A stretch of DNA of 63,603 nucleotides, the filler included, from Globobulimina sp. (taxonomy: Eukaryota): NCBI GenBank assembly GCA_003354225.1. It is 47 parts of 47 records of this genome, joined end to end, with 100 filler letters (N's around TTAATTAATTAA, not from the genome) between each part and the next. Parts side by side here need not be neighbours in the genome. Positions count along the whole stretch, not along the records: positions 48,803 to 50,057 come from PIVH01020020.1; positions 50,158 to 51,412 come from PIVH01020021.1; positions 51,513 to 52,767 come from PIVH01020022.1; positions 52,868 to 54,122 come from PIVH01020023.1; positions 54,223 to 55,477 come from PIVH01020024.1; positions 55,578 to 56,832 come from PIVH01020025.1; positions 56,933 to 58,187 come from PIVH01020026.1; positions 58,288 to 59,541 come from PIVH01020027.1; 39 more parts are not named here. One strand, written 5' to 3'. This document shows, one piece after another, positions 48,803 through 61,277 of the stretch. Position 1 is the stretch's first letter. Every line of letters starts with the position of its first letter. The notes beneath the pieces were generated by a model. The model saw only the letters and a program-made list of their open reading frames with translations, was not told where the DNA came from and searched no databases. Position numbers and translations under genes: made by a program.

Positions 48803-50057
48803 TGGCGGTGGCTCAGTTATATGGTATTCATCTTCTAATTGAGCACCGACTGATTCGTGATCAGAGGTATAAGATATTTCTGTATCTTCAATGGGTGAGG
48901 TTTCAGAGAAATTGAGTGATATGGAATTGTCAACAGGTAAAGTTTCATTATCCTGACCTATAATATCCAGCAACTTGCTCGCATCAATGGTCATATCTAA
49001 CTTTGATGGACGTGGCTGCGTTCGCTCCACATTCTTAACTGTGTAAATGTCATATTATACTGCTGTTACTTTGCAGTTTCAAATTGTATCCGATTTTGTG
49101 ATGTTGTAAATGTAAAAACAAAATGTTTTTGATGTAGTTTTTAATCTGTTTTATAATGTTTGCTACAGCAAAAAGTCAATACATACATTTATTTAACAAC
49201 TGCGTAAACGCCATATCCGCGTCACGTTCATTCAACTGAATGCGATCAAAAACATCATCATCCACAGTCATCGTAGTCCCCACCGACGACACAGACTCGT
49301 CCGAATCATCTGAATCGCCGTCATATGTGAACCCCGCAAACAACTGATGCTGCGATCGATTGTGCAACGAATTCTTCTCATCATCATAGTGCTCATACTC
49401 TTCCAAGTGTAAAATGTCAGTCCTACTCACAAATATGCCTCGGTATATGCCGCAGGTAAAGAAAAACTTGCCATCCACCACGCCGCTATGCACTCCCATA
49501 TCATCCAGTAACTCAATGCCATATTTCAATGCATTGTTATATAGCCCAATGAAGCGAATCTGTCCTTTGCCCTTTTTCCGTTTGACGCGCACCACTTGAT
49601 TTATATGCAAACGCGAAGTGGCCTCCAAATCTGTGCCTTGTATGTCCGTGGCGGAGGTCAGCCATCGGATTTGTTTCTTTTCCACAAAAGTGCCGTAATT
49701 GTCAGCGCATTTGAAGTACGAAATGCCTTTCAATGTCCCGTTGTTGTGACCCTGCGGCTTTTTGAGCTGGATGCCGTACCATATGGCACCGTTCAATTCC
49801 ACGGCAATCTCGCCGATGAACCGGATGGTGCCTTGCCGATTGTCGTTCAGATCTACTTGGTCGTTGATGGAGTATTCCATGTCTAGGTTGACGATGGTTG
49901 GGTTCAGAGGGAGCGCGTTGTGGTATGAGGGCTGTTTGCTATGTTGTTGGTGCGTTTGGAGAGAGTCTAAGGTGTTGGCACGTGCTCTTCGAGTGGGGGT
50001 GGCAGTGTTGTTGGTGTTGTAGGTGGTGGTGTAGTTGTTGTTGGGTGGCATGTTGTA
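48803..50057 (-). CDS. Protein with two CAP-Gly domains, intron near 49040-49187
   Basis: GTIRFIG..WYGIQLKKPQGHNNGT..YFKC and GQIRFIG..YGIELLDDMGVHSG..FFTC. Confidence 0.88.
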
Positions 50058-50506
50058 NNNNNNNNNNNNNNNNNNNNNNNNNNNNNNNNNNNNNNNNNNN
50101 NTTAATTAATTAANNNNNNNNNNNNNNNNNNNNNNNNNNNNNNNNNNNNNNNNNNNNTACAGTTGATAATACATTGTGAGTGTTTCTGATAAAAGAATGG
50201 ATGATGAACTTTGTCACTTTATTTGCTTCAACAGGAATATCTGACATCTTAAATGTTGTTGCAACAACATTTAGCCATGGTACTAGTAACAATCAGCGTC
50301 ACTAAAACCTTTTCTAACCATAGAGTGTTATGAACTTCATTATTATATTCAAGTGTATATACAGTAAAAAGTAAATTATAACGTGTATGTGTTCCGCTGT
50401 TGTTTTAATTCACAAATAAAATTTAGCTTGAATCTGAAACAAATGGAATCAATCCTATTATAAGCAATGCAGGATTCAATCGTTCCAATGAACATTGACA
50501 GTCAAA

Positions 50507-51349
50507 TTACATTTTTTTAAACAAAAAATAATTTTCTGGCTGTCGTGTTTCAAATAAATCATGCCACTGTTTATCAGTCCAATTTTCCACTCCCAAACTT
50601 GCGTGTATGCTATGTTTCACTCCCATTTGAAAATACCATTCATACCATTTAGTCTCACTTTGTTGGAGATCGTCATTAAAAATAGCTCTGTACCCGTACC
50701 TTCCATAGAAATCACAATCACGTTCAAAATGTCCTTGTTGACCACAATTATAGCATGTTGATGGTCGACTACCTCTACCTCGTCCTCCTCCATAATTATC
50801 ATTTTTTGGTGCATGTTCGAATTCATTTTGGTGAATCTTTATTTTATTTGCATTCATTAATTTTCCATTCATTTCTCGTACTCTCATTTGTTGATAGCCA
50901 GAAAAATATGAACGTAAAGATATTCTATTTGTAGCAAAATCAAATTCCCATTTTGAATATGGTGTAAGTCTCTGTGGAGGATGATTTATCCGGTCATCAA
51001 TTTCAAACATTTCATGACCACAAGCTATCATTGCACAACCACCATTTCTAAGTATCCACAATAGATATTCATCATCAAAATTCCAGTAAGCGCCATAACT
51101 GATTGGATATGAATATTCGGAAATATTTTTAATTATTAAATCGATTCTTAATTCATTTGGCAATACATTTGTCAAAATTGCAGTCCATTGATAACGTAAT
51201 TTTTCTTCATGTGTTGGTATCTGATTGTTTGGATTATCAAGAAAGCAAGCTTGGCACTCTTTTGAACTCTTTTTATTTTGTAAATCACAAGAGGAGCATG
51301 TCCAAAATTTTCTAGTACCTGTACTGAGGTTACCTGTAGTTGTTGACAT
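50507..51349 (-). CDS. RanBP2-type zinc finger + RGG/CCHC zinc knuckle protein
   Basis: FWTCSSCDLQNKKSSKECQAC and GGGRGRGSRPSTCYNCGQQGHFERDC. Confidence 0.8.
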   Translation of the reverse strand: MSTTTGNLSTGTRKFWTCSSCDLQNKKSSKECQACFLDNPNNQIPTHEEKLRYQWTAILTNVLPNELRIDLIIKNISEYSYPISYGAYWNFDDEYLLWILRNGGCAMIACGHEMFEIDDRINHPPQRLTPYSKWEFDFATNRISLRSYFSGYQQMRVREMNGKLMNANKIKIHQNEFEHAPKNDNYGGGRGRGSRPSTCYNCGQQGHFERDCDFYGRYGYRAIFNDDLQQSETKWYEWYFQMGVKHSIHASLGVENWTDKQWHDLFETRQPENYFLFKKM

Positions 51350-51512
51350 CAGACGCAAGATAAAAAAAATTAATTTAAAGTAAGTAAACTTTACATCTCT
51401 GCATCATGGGAANNNNNNNNNNNNNNNNNNNNNNNNNNNNNNNNNNNNNNNNNNNNTTAATTAATTAANNNNNNNNNNNNNNNNNNNNNNNNNNNNNNNN
51501 NNNNNNNNNNNN

Positions 51513-51593
51513 TTTGACTGCATCAATCTGACGTCTGATAACCGTTGTGACACCGCCTGTTTTCAAATGGTAATGGAAATATGCTATTTTCAT
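51513..51593 (-). CDS. Bacterial glycosyltransferase family 4-like N-terminus
   Basis: MKIAYFHYHLKTGGVTTVIRRQIDAV. Confidence 0.65.
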
Positions 51594-51612
51594 ATTATTT
51601 TAGTTTATAACC

Positions 51613-51740
51613 GATGGCTAAGTAAAAATCTTCATATACAATGCATAGTGTTTGGCCAGGCGTGAAGGCATACATTTAGTATGTCGAACGTCTGGCCAAA
51701 CACTATAACGCAGTAGATGGAGACTTTTTACGACGCCATC
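51613..51740. repeat. Bacterial palindromic intergenic repeat (GATGG..GTAAAAA / TTTTTAC..CCATC ends)
   Basis: Imperfect terminal IR plus inner stem ATAGTGTTTGGCCAG / CTGGCCAAACACTAT. Confidence 0.8.
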
Positions 51741-51864
51741 AAAATTTACACTTGCCACATTTTGTAAAGCAATATATCAAATAGTGCCCCATATATCAAA
51801 CATCATGTATGAATGCTGTTAATCACTATTGGTGGCAAATTGATATTAAGAATCACTTTTATAA

Positions 51865-52021
51865 TTGATGGTCTCGTAAAAAGTCCAATTTCCCCTCCCC
51901 TGGCGGGAGGGGATTAAGGGGAGGGGGATATAATAGACTGAAATTCTATCTTATTCACCCTCACCCCAGCCCTCTCCCGTCAAGGGAGAGGGAGATTTCC
52001 GACTTTTTACGAGACCATCAA
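51865..52021. mobile_element. 157-bp bacterial MITE-like element with perfect 21-bp TIRs enclosing REP-like hairpins
   Basis: TTGATGGTCTCGTAAAAAGTC ... GACTTTTTACGAGACCATCAA; inner CCCTCCCCTGGCGGGAGGG and CCCTCTCCCGTCAAGGGAGAGGG hairpins. Confidence 0.85.
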
Positions 52022-52125
52022 ATTTGTAAGTTGTAGTAAAAAATATAACAATTTTGTCTAATATACCATACGATTTTGTGAAAACAACTTATTTGTTCTA
52101 AAAGGATTTTTCATACTCAGAAATA

Positions 52126-52190
52126 GCCACCAAGGCACAAAGACACAAAGAAAAAATAAAAACCTCTTGGTGTCTTTGTGCCTTGGTGGC
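52126..52190. repeat. Perfect 21-bp inverted repeat hairpin
   Basis: GCCACCAAGGCACAAAGACAC / GTGTCTTTGTGCCTTGGTGGC. Confidence 0.85.
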
Positions 52191-52403
52191 AAATAATAAA
52201 TGATGATAGGCATAAAAGCATTATGAACTTTTGAAAATTGAACACTTTTAATTACACCATTTTTCATGATAAGTATTGCATATTACAAAATTGTAAGATA
52301 ATAGTTGATTTTATGACAAATTTGTTTTGCTGATTTGTTTTCCGATTTTTGCATTTATATCATATATCATTAATATTATATCGAATTATAAATATTTCGT
52401 GTA

Positions 52404-52419
52404 TGGCATGCCATTTGCT
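52404..52419 (+). promoter_or_regulatory. Sigma-54 (RpoN) -24/-12 promoter upstream of glnD
   Basis: TGGCATGCCATTTGCT has exact GG-N10-GC spacing, about 110 bp before the ATG. Confidence 0.8.
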
Positions 52420-52528
52420 ATTTAAACAGTTATATGATTTTTGGGGATCACAACAGGTAGAAATCTGTATTGAGAGCTTTCTTTCAAAACAGGGAAATGA
52501 AATTTGTATTAAATGATTTGTATCTATT

Positions 52529-52767
52529 ATGACTGAATTTGCATCAAAATCACTTCAGCAGAAAAGGGAAAACCTGATCGCGCGCTTTATTAAGGGAAAA
52601 GCGCCGGATTTTCTGAATCAGCATGCCCGGTTGTATGATGACTATTTTTGTGAAAGCTTTGAAAAAAGTGTTGTCGGGCTTCAAATCGGTATTATAAAAA
52701 ATCCCTATGCAATCGTTGCGCTTGGCGGTTATGGCCGAGCCGAGCAGTGCATTTTTTCCGACGTTGA
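52529..52767 (+). CDS. glnD: [Protein-PII] uridylyltransferase N-terminus (bacterial)
   Basis: AIVALGGYGRAEQCIFSDV(D) nucleotidyltransferase motif near the N-terminus; sigma-54 promoter fits nitrogen control. Confidence 0.85.
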
Positions 52768-52867
52768 NNNNNNNNNNNNNNNNNNNNNNNNNNNNNNNNN
52801 NNNNNNNNNNNTTAATTAATTAANNNNNNNNNNNNNNNNNNNNNNNNNNNNNNNNNNNNNNNNNNNN

Positions 52868-53836
52868 CCCAATCAACTGCAAATATATTGGCAATCTGTT
52901 ACAATCTGACTTATGATTATTGTATCTCGAGTGACACAGCGGGAAATATTGAATTTTGGGCCAGCGAGGCACCATTCCATAGACCAAGTGGGTCCGCTGC
53001 AAAATGTTTTGATTGGGACTATATATTCTGTACTGATTTGATTTTATATAAACGGGAAAAGATAAGGCCACTGTCGTTAACATTGAGTAATAAGTGCACA
53101 TTAATAGTTATTTTCTCCTCCGATCATTTTATCCGTTTATTCAATCTAAAAACCGGCAAATTGTTATTTGCTTTCAATGAGAAGTTAAGGGGAGATGAGT
53201 CGAATAATGTAAATAATATTTATGGCATTGACTCGATTGAGTTTGGCAAACATGTGGCGGTGGAAAGGCAAATCAATAAAGAAATGGCCGAGAATATCCA
53301 TCAAAATAATAAACAATGGTTGGTTTCGAATATTTTATTCGATGCAGCGGATAAATATATTATTTATTCCACCATGATTGGAATAAAAATAATCTCCGTC
53401 GACACGCAATTGTTATGCCGCTTAATTGGGAAACAAGAGACAAATGTCCGTTTTTTAAATGTGTCATTGTTTCAAGGCTGTGCTGCCACGAAAAATAAGC
53501 AAAAATATTCATCGCAGTTCCAAAAATACAAAGACAGCGAAGAAGTGGATATTGATCAGGAAGATCCGACCATTTTTGCCACGGGCTTTAATATGAGTCG
53601 TTTTTATATGTTTTCGAATCGGACAAATGTAACCGATGAACACCGGGATATCCAAAATGAAAAACCGAGCAGAATACACAGCAAAATCACCACGAATGCA
53701 ACACATCGGACATTGGGCAAATGTGGCATTATTCGGACCAGTTTCGGGGATATTTATATTAAATTGTTTCCCATTGAATGTCCCAAAACGGTGGAAAACT
53801 TTACGGTGCATTCATTGAATGGATATTATAACAATG
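52868..53836 (+). CDS. PPWD1: WD40 + cyclophilin spliceosomal PPIase, partial
   Basis: SIEFGKHVAVER, DPTIFATGFNMSRFYMFS, RDIQNEKP, TSFGDIYIKLFPIECPKTVENF..NGYYN. Confidence 0.93.
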
Positions 53837-55694
53837 TGTGGTCACCTGTTCAGTCCTTGCCCTAACCTTGTTGCATTCCCCCCTCCCTGCACACCCCCAC
53901 CCTATGCACAAATGTCTTAACATGTTTCCCCCTGGCACTTTCTGATAACTATATCTGATAACTACTAGTATATCCTGATACCATATCCGGTCATACTCGG
54001 ATCACTGGAGGTAATGCGATTTTTAAAGATCGTGGCGTGTCAATTGCCCCAGTAAGCCGTGGCCTTGATCACCTCCGAATGGAGACCTTTCCAAAACCTA
54101 CTAAAACATTAGATTCTGAACANNNNNNNNNNNNNNNNNNNNNNNNNNNNNNNNNNNNNNNNNNNNTTAATTAATTAANNNNNNNNNNNNNNNNNNNNNN
54201 NNNNNNNNNNNNNNNNNNNNNNTTAAGCACATGAAAATTGACCAGTCTAATTACCAAATGTGCGGGATTATCATTTATAATATCTGAAATTGATTGATCG
54301 CCTGTTTTATGCATTTAAGTGGTTTAACCTCCCTTCACCGGACTATCCCTTAATGAATATAAGTAGCTGAAATTGACCTAGAGCGTGCCAAGTAATTTCC
54401 GCGTAATAACATTTCGACCAAATGTCTGAGTCCTCAGACACTGAACTCAGATTCGATCCTTAGATAACCTCTCCTATCGTCTCGTATGTTCTTAAGTCTA
54501 AGCTTCTGTTAATTTTCATGATCAAATGCCGTATGAAAATTATTGTAACTTTCTATGTTTAATTTATAATATACTATTATGAGAGCAAACCAGTAACGCA
54601 ATACCACATTTCGAGGTATCACTGTTAGCAAACACTGCATTTGGAGTTATATACGAACTGTGACATCTGACATCTGTGTTGAGCTATATTCATTTATTGG
54701 AAAGGTAAAACGAATAACACACTGCTGTTAATTGCTTGTAGGGTTCTTTACTGTCTATTTCGCTCATATGTAAGTATAGTATAACGCTATACTACTACTA
54801 ATTTATCCCTAACAGACAATTTTACTTTCTGATATATGGAACATATCTAAAAAAAAATCAATTACACAAATATCAAGTTGTGTGGTATTACGAATTATGA
54901 AACAAAAAGAACAAATTATCGGACAAAATTTCCTATCGACGGTTGGCCATTTACATGACGTCTTTGTGCGCGGACAAAGATACCACTAAAATGCGCTTCC
55001 ATTCAGTTATCTTTTGGCGCAAACTTCATCAAATTTAACCAACCCACTGCTGAGAACGTGTGATTTGAAATGTGCCAGTGATTTATGGACCACTCCCTAT
55101 TGTTAAAATCCGGTTTGATTCGGTTTGAACTGGATTTTTTTAACACAATGGTTGGTTATTTTGAGTTCGCGCCACTTAAGATAAACGCGCAATGTCCGAA
55201 TTACCCCAAAATATGAATCATCAAGGAATTCGTTAAAGCTTCAAGGCATCGTATTAGTAAAATAGTTCATTCATTTTAGTTTGAAACACATTACTGTCAA
55301 GTTTATGGTAATCCTGTCAAAGTTTATGTCGAATTGTACATAAGTTTTGTGCATTCTCTTCAGACCTACCCATTACACTCTCAACATAACTTCGGATACA
55401 AATATGTGTAGAACCATAGGGTAATGGAAAAAGGCTTTGACACACGTGACTCGATAGGAGAGACTATCTAGGGACAGNNNNNNNNNNNNNNNNNNNNNNN
55501 NNNNNNNNNNNNNNNNNNNNNTTAATTAATTAANNNNNNNNNNNNNNNNNNNNNNNNNNNNNNNNNNNNNNNNNNNNAGTAAAACAAGTTAACTGATTTT
55601 CAAAATAGACAAATAGAAATAATTAAACAATATAAAGAAAATTAAACAATATAAAGAAAATTAAATGCAAAGATAAATCTTTTGTCATTCATTC

Positions 55695-56832
55695 TTATTG
55701 AATAAAGATACAATTTGGAATTGAAATTTTACAAAATGAATATTTCTCGAATGAATCATAAATATATTTATACAAATTCTTTTGTTTGATTGATAATGGG
55801 CGAACATTGTCATATGCATTACAATATTCATTATTGCCAAATACTTTCTTATTACATGATAAATGTGACGGCGCTACATTTTCTGTGTAATACTGTGTCA
55901 AAACATTATTGGAAATATCAACACTCCATTCATTGACTAACAATTCAAAATATAACATCCTCTCGTTTTCCTTCAACACTTTACAATGACACTCCTTTAT
56001 AAATTGTGCACTTAACTTTGTAATAATTATATAACAATCAATACCGCCCCGATTACCATTTATTTTTATGCCATACACAATGCCTTCAATATAATGAGCG
56101 GAACTCTTATTATTTGTATTTATTAACAGCAACGAACCGATGTTTAAATTGTTTAATTTCTGTATAAAGCCAATCTGTTTGATAATTGACTTAATTTTAT
56201 CATATGGCCCTTCTTCTTCCTCTGCTTCTTGTTGTTGATTATTATTCTTTTTGCCATATTTATTTTCAATGAGTTCAATATCATTTGCTTCTTTTTTCTG
56301 TATCTTGCGGACCCATTCACTTATCCTCCTCTTCAATGTGCCCGTATTCCCCGCCACTCTCAAGCCCAAATTACGACAAACCTCCGTCAATTCCCTCCAT
56401 TTTAAATCATGCAATTTCTCAATCCATAAAGAATAATGATTGTCATTATAATTTCGCGTATTCACCACAATATCATCAAGCTCTCCTTCCCCATTCTCAC
56501 CATTCTCGCTCTCATTGCAATTCTCCTCAATCTCGAGATTATAATTAAACGTATCATTCAATATCAAATAGTTGGAATAACACAACCTATTCTTGCTCTT
56601 ATCCGTTTTTAGCATGTCAATTAACTGCGTGTCTGGATATAATTTTGTATCGATATGCGATTTTCTGCCATATTTAAATAAAAACTGCGCTGTACATTCA
56701 AACGAATATATCTCGCGAATATCATTTATATTTTGATGATATGTATTGCAATATTCACCGTCAAATATCACATTCTTAGTGCAACACAAATAGCCGTCAA
56801 TACATATCAATTGCAACCAAATCATAGACGAT
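55695..56832 (-). CDS. SAP domain-containing hypothetical protein, 5' partial
   Basis: LKWRELTEVCRNLGLRVAGNTGTLKRRI fits the SAP consensus. Confidence 0.7.
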
Positions 56833-56932
56833 NNNNNNNNNNNNNNNNNNNNNNNNNNNNNNNNNNNNNNNNNNNNTTAATTAATTAANNNNNNNNNNNN
56901 NNNNNNNNNNNNNNNNNNNNNNNNNNNNNNNN

Positions 56933-58187
56933 CAAACTACTTAGTTTTCTGAGAGCGATTTGATGGTGTCGTTTCTGTCGCTGCAGCTCTTTGATGTTCG
57001 GTGTATTTTGCATCCAAGGTTGCGGTGGCCTTTTGAAGGTCTTAGAGCGAGCAGGGGCCAATTCATCTATTGTTTGTCTAATATAGGATTGTAAGGTATC
57101 AGCTCTAGTCGTCACATCTGCTCCTCTGTCGTAATTATCCAGCTTTGTAAACAAAGCGTCGATTATCGCGTCAGAGGTGAGACCAGATTTGTCCCTAACT
57201 TGGCATTGGAAAACTTTGTTTTTAGGCACTTTCAGCTTGAAAGCCGATAGCACCAGATTATGATCAGAGAGGTCACACAGCAGGGAATCTGATATAACAA
57301 GTTTGTCTGCCAGAGCACTGCTAACCATCACATGGTCAATCAAAGTTTTAGACAGATTGTTATTCATATAGGCTAAACGGGTGGGCTTGTCGATCAGCTG
57401 TTTCAGGCCGTAATCCGTGCAAACACGCAAAAGCTGTCTAGCTGGAGCACTGCCTGACAATAGATCAACATTCGAATCACCCAATATGATATGATTTGGC
57501 GATAAAGAAATTGTCTCAGCTAGTGTGCCAAAGTTATCTGGGAACTCTGCCGCACTACAACAGCTATGAAAATTTCTATAGAAAGCGGTGACATTTACAG
57601 TACAACCAACAGTTCGCACCGTAGCACACAGCTTCTCAAAGTTCGCCATTTGGGTAGCATTTTCTAAGTCCGTGTTTTGGACCGGGTTTAAGCCCTCCTT
57701 TATGTACAAAACAAGACCCGAACCTTGTCCTACACCATCTTTTCTAAACAATACATACCCGTTTATTTCCAATATATTTTGGTCATCTTTATCGGTTAGC
57801 CAAGTTTCACTTACGGCAAGGATGTCAATTCCGGTGGTTCTTAAGAGTCGATCGACTTGTTCAACTTTATTTCTGAGGCTCCGGATGTTAATATGAGCAA
57901 CTGTGAGTAATCCGTTTCGGTCAATTTTACATTTTCGGATTAATTTTGGTAATTCCCAGCAAGTAGAGATGTTTTGTAGCTCTGGTGCTATTATTTCCAT
58001 AGGTAGATTTGTTGATGAGAGACAGGAAAAGCAAAAAATTGGAAGAATTGGGGGCAATAATTGAGTAGGAATGTGCCGAAGTTTAGCACAGACAGGGTGA
58101 AACCAGAGCTTACATTCATGACATTTAAATGCTCGATCATTTAGCAATGGAACGAGACATTCTGAGCAATTAGATCTTCTTTTATCT
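56933..58187 (-). mobile_element. LINE (CR1/L2-like) ORF: PHD finger + apurinic endonuclease
   Basis: CHECKLWFHPVC..FCFSC; HINIRSL, ILAVSETWL, ILGDSNVD, PTR..LIDH, SDHNLV. Confidence 0.92.
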
Positions 58188-58287
58188 NNNNNNNNNNNNN
58201 NNNNNNNNNNNNNNNNNNNNNNNNNNNNNNNTTAATTAATTAANNNNNNNNNNNNNNNNNNNNNNNNNNNNNNNNNNNNNNNNNNNN

Positions 58288-59541
58288 TTTAATCAATAAT
58301 TTATTATTATATCCAAATATAAACCTTAAAAATTGTCTTGATTTTACAGAGAGTCTAACTCGATGCAATACAATTGATTCTAACTTTGATTCATTATTCA
58401 TATCTGCTAATAATTGACATAATGCCCTGGTCACTTGTTGTGATTCAACTACATCCGATATAGGTCCCTTATATCCGCCACGATAACCTGGTAATTTAAC
58501 ATCGATCGATTTCATAGTTTTAGGAATGTTGCATAGTAATTTGCTGAGCGCAGCCAAATGTTGCATAACAATTTGCTTTTGTTGTAAATTCACGAGACGG
58601 CGCACAAAGCTCTCGCATGAAACACTTAAAGTATTTAAATTTAATTCTTTAATAAATGAAATAATATAATCTTCAATCAATTCATTTAATTTCTTATATT
58701 CAAATATATCAATTCCAAAATGTTTCAAATTACAAAATGTTTCGTTTTTTAAATATATGAATGCATCTATAATATTTTTGCAATTTAAATAAGACATATT
58801 TTTAAATTGTATCGATTCCAATTTATTAACGGATTGCAATTGATTTTGCAGTGAACACAATCTTTTATTTCGAAATAACACAGAAAATGCATGCTTAAAA
58901 TCAATATTACCAGGAATATGTACATATAAATTACGATATAAATTCAATTGAAATTTTTTTAGCCCGATAAATGTCGAAAATAATTGAGATAAAATTAATT
59001 GAATTGATTGATTGATTGGTATTTTTGAGTGATTATAATTATCAGCAATCGATAACTTAATATTTAATTCTTCCAAATTGAGAGTACCATCCATTTTATG
59101 AACATGATCGTTAATATCATCTGTAACTATTGTTTGAATTGATAATTTTTTTAAGTTTTTCATATTATTATTTATTGATTGGATGATATTTATCTTATTA
59201 TTTGGTTCAAATATTTTTAATTTTGGATAATGTAAATCTAATGATTCTAAATTATTATATCTATGAATATATGGAATAATCACAGAATTCAATAATGATG
59301 GTAAATATATACGGTATCCGTGCCGCGCATAATATACATTGTCAAATGAAAAATGTTGTAATTTGGGAAATTTAATATTTATATTTTTTGAATTAATTTC
59401 ATTAAAAATAGTTTGACAACAATGGTTTCCATTTCGTGATGCTTGACAACACTCACTTTTCCAAATTAATTTATTGATTGGTAAATAATTAAACGAATTC
59501 ATTATAAATAATAACATATTAAATGGTTCTTTGCTGGGATC
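58288..59541 (-). CDS. Leucine-rich-repeat-like hypothetical protein, partial
   Basis: Recurrent LxxLxL units (LESLDL, LKKLSI, LEELNI, LKKFQL, LESIVL). Confidence 0.55.
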
Positions 59542-59641
59542 NNNNNNNNNNNNNNNNNNNNNNNNNNNNNNNNNNNNNNNNNNNNTTAATTAATTAANNN
59601 NNNNNNNNNNNNNNNNNNNNNNNNNNNNNNNNNNNNNNNNN

Positions 59642-60895
59642 TATATATATACATTACATACAACATATAAAATATAGCAGTAACACTCCCTAATCTGCCA
59701 CATCTGAGCTTAAACCTTAACGACAGCAAAACCACCGAAGAGGACGTATTATGCGCCTTAGACCCTTCACCCATTGCCATGGTCAATGATGACGTCATTC
59801 GTATCGCCACAGCCACGCCCAAACTAAAATTATTACGCGAAGCTGCTAAATCTGAGCCACCGTATCCCGCGTCGTATCACCAAGCGCCGCCCACTAGAAA
59901 CCACACCAAATCCTCCAAATCATTACACATCAAACACATCACCTCGCAGCCTCCACCAATGCCGACCTATTACATACATTCCAGTTACAGGCAAAAGCAA
60001 AATGCGCCGATCACTATGCATAAAAAAGTCAATGTCCAAACACAGCAACAGCAACATAAGAAACACCACAATCGTGTCCATTTCGATAAGTCAGTCACGC
60101 CCAAACCGAAGCTGTCTGCAAATAATATGGATCTGATCCCTTCCAAATCAGCCCCCGGCCATACACACTCAAAAACAAATTGTATGCAGAAGCATGGCGG
60201 CAAGACGCGTGCCAATGGCAAGAAAATGAAGCGGTCAGAAACGCCGCAACCAGTGTACACTAAGAATAGAAACCAAAAAGACTCGGGCTCGCAAGTGCGG
60301 GTCATGCGCGACAAGGAGGTGCTGCAAATCGACCAGGAAATCCCCATCGAAAAGTTTATCAGCGCACTGAAAAAGGGCTATGCGAGGATCATGACGCAAG
60401 ACCAACAGAATGAGGAATACAACAAATCGGCGCGAATTGCCAGGAGTGTTTCTGTGGGGAATATGCAAGCGTATAAGGATGAGATATTGGCCGCTGCGCA
60501 GCAAGAAAAGCATAGAAAATTAAACCACCGAAAATTAAAAAAAAATCAAAATGTAAAAGGCAATAAACCGTTTCGACCGAAATCGAAATCAGAGCACAAG
60601 AAAAATAAATCAGAGCATAGCAAAAATAAGTTTGAACTCAATGTACATTTATCCAAATCCATACCGCCCAAACTATTGCAATGTGTGGAGAACAATTCCA
60701 GCGATTCTGACGAGAGCATGTCTGGTTCGTCGTCGTTGGACTTATTGGACCCACCCAAACAGATCGAGACTGCGCGAGATATGGTGGTCAAAGCCTGCAA
60801 ACCGAAACGGCCAAAAATGAAAATAAAAATTAAACGTTCCACGACCGGCACAAGACATAAGAAAAATGACCGTATCCGCAGTAAAACCGCCACTG
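59642..60895 (+). CDS. Basic, probably disordered hypothetical protein, partial
   Basis: Long K/P/S/H-rich ORF; no domain recognised. Confidence 0.55.
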
Positions 60896-61277
60896 NNNNN
60901 NNNNNNNNNNNNNNNNNNNNNNNNNNNNNNNNNNNNNNNTTAATTAATTAANNNNNNNNNNNNNNNNNNNNNNNNNNNNNNNNNNNNNNNNNNNNATGTT
61001 CGTCTCATCTTCTGATTCTTCTCGTATCTAGTAGAAACTGTAAATAAAGATCGTACTGCACTATAAATAAGGATTAGACGAACATTTACTTAAGCTTTTT
61101 CTCTAACAATTCACAAATGATTAAAAAAAGTTGATCATGAGCAAAAGCAAGGTCAAATAGGAAAACTCTATTGTGTTTACTGTTTAGGTCTGCTCAGAGA
61201 AAAGAGAATAATTTAAACTTTCTTCTTTTAAGCTAGCTCAGCTGTACTCATTTCTTATATATATTCAACAATCAACA

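Noticed and set aside
53837-54122. Novel C-terminus on PPWD1
   Set aside because: Cyclophilin homology stops abruptly before the FHR motif; an intron or chimeric junction is more likely than a new protein end.
54223-55477. ORF-free contig as a possible structured RNA or element
   Set aside because: No tRNA, rRNA, terminal repeat or long hairpin could be identified by eye.
1305-60951. ORFs ending in XXXX..LIN or XXXX..N
   Set aside because: They are translations running into the spacer; the shared LIN ending is an artefact.
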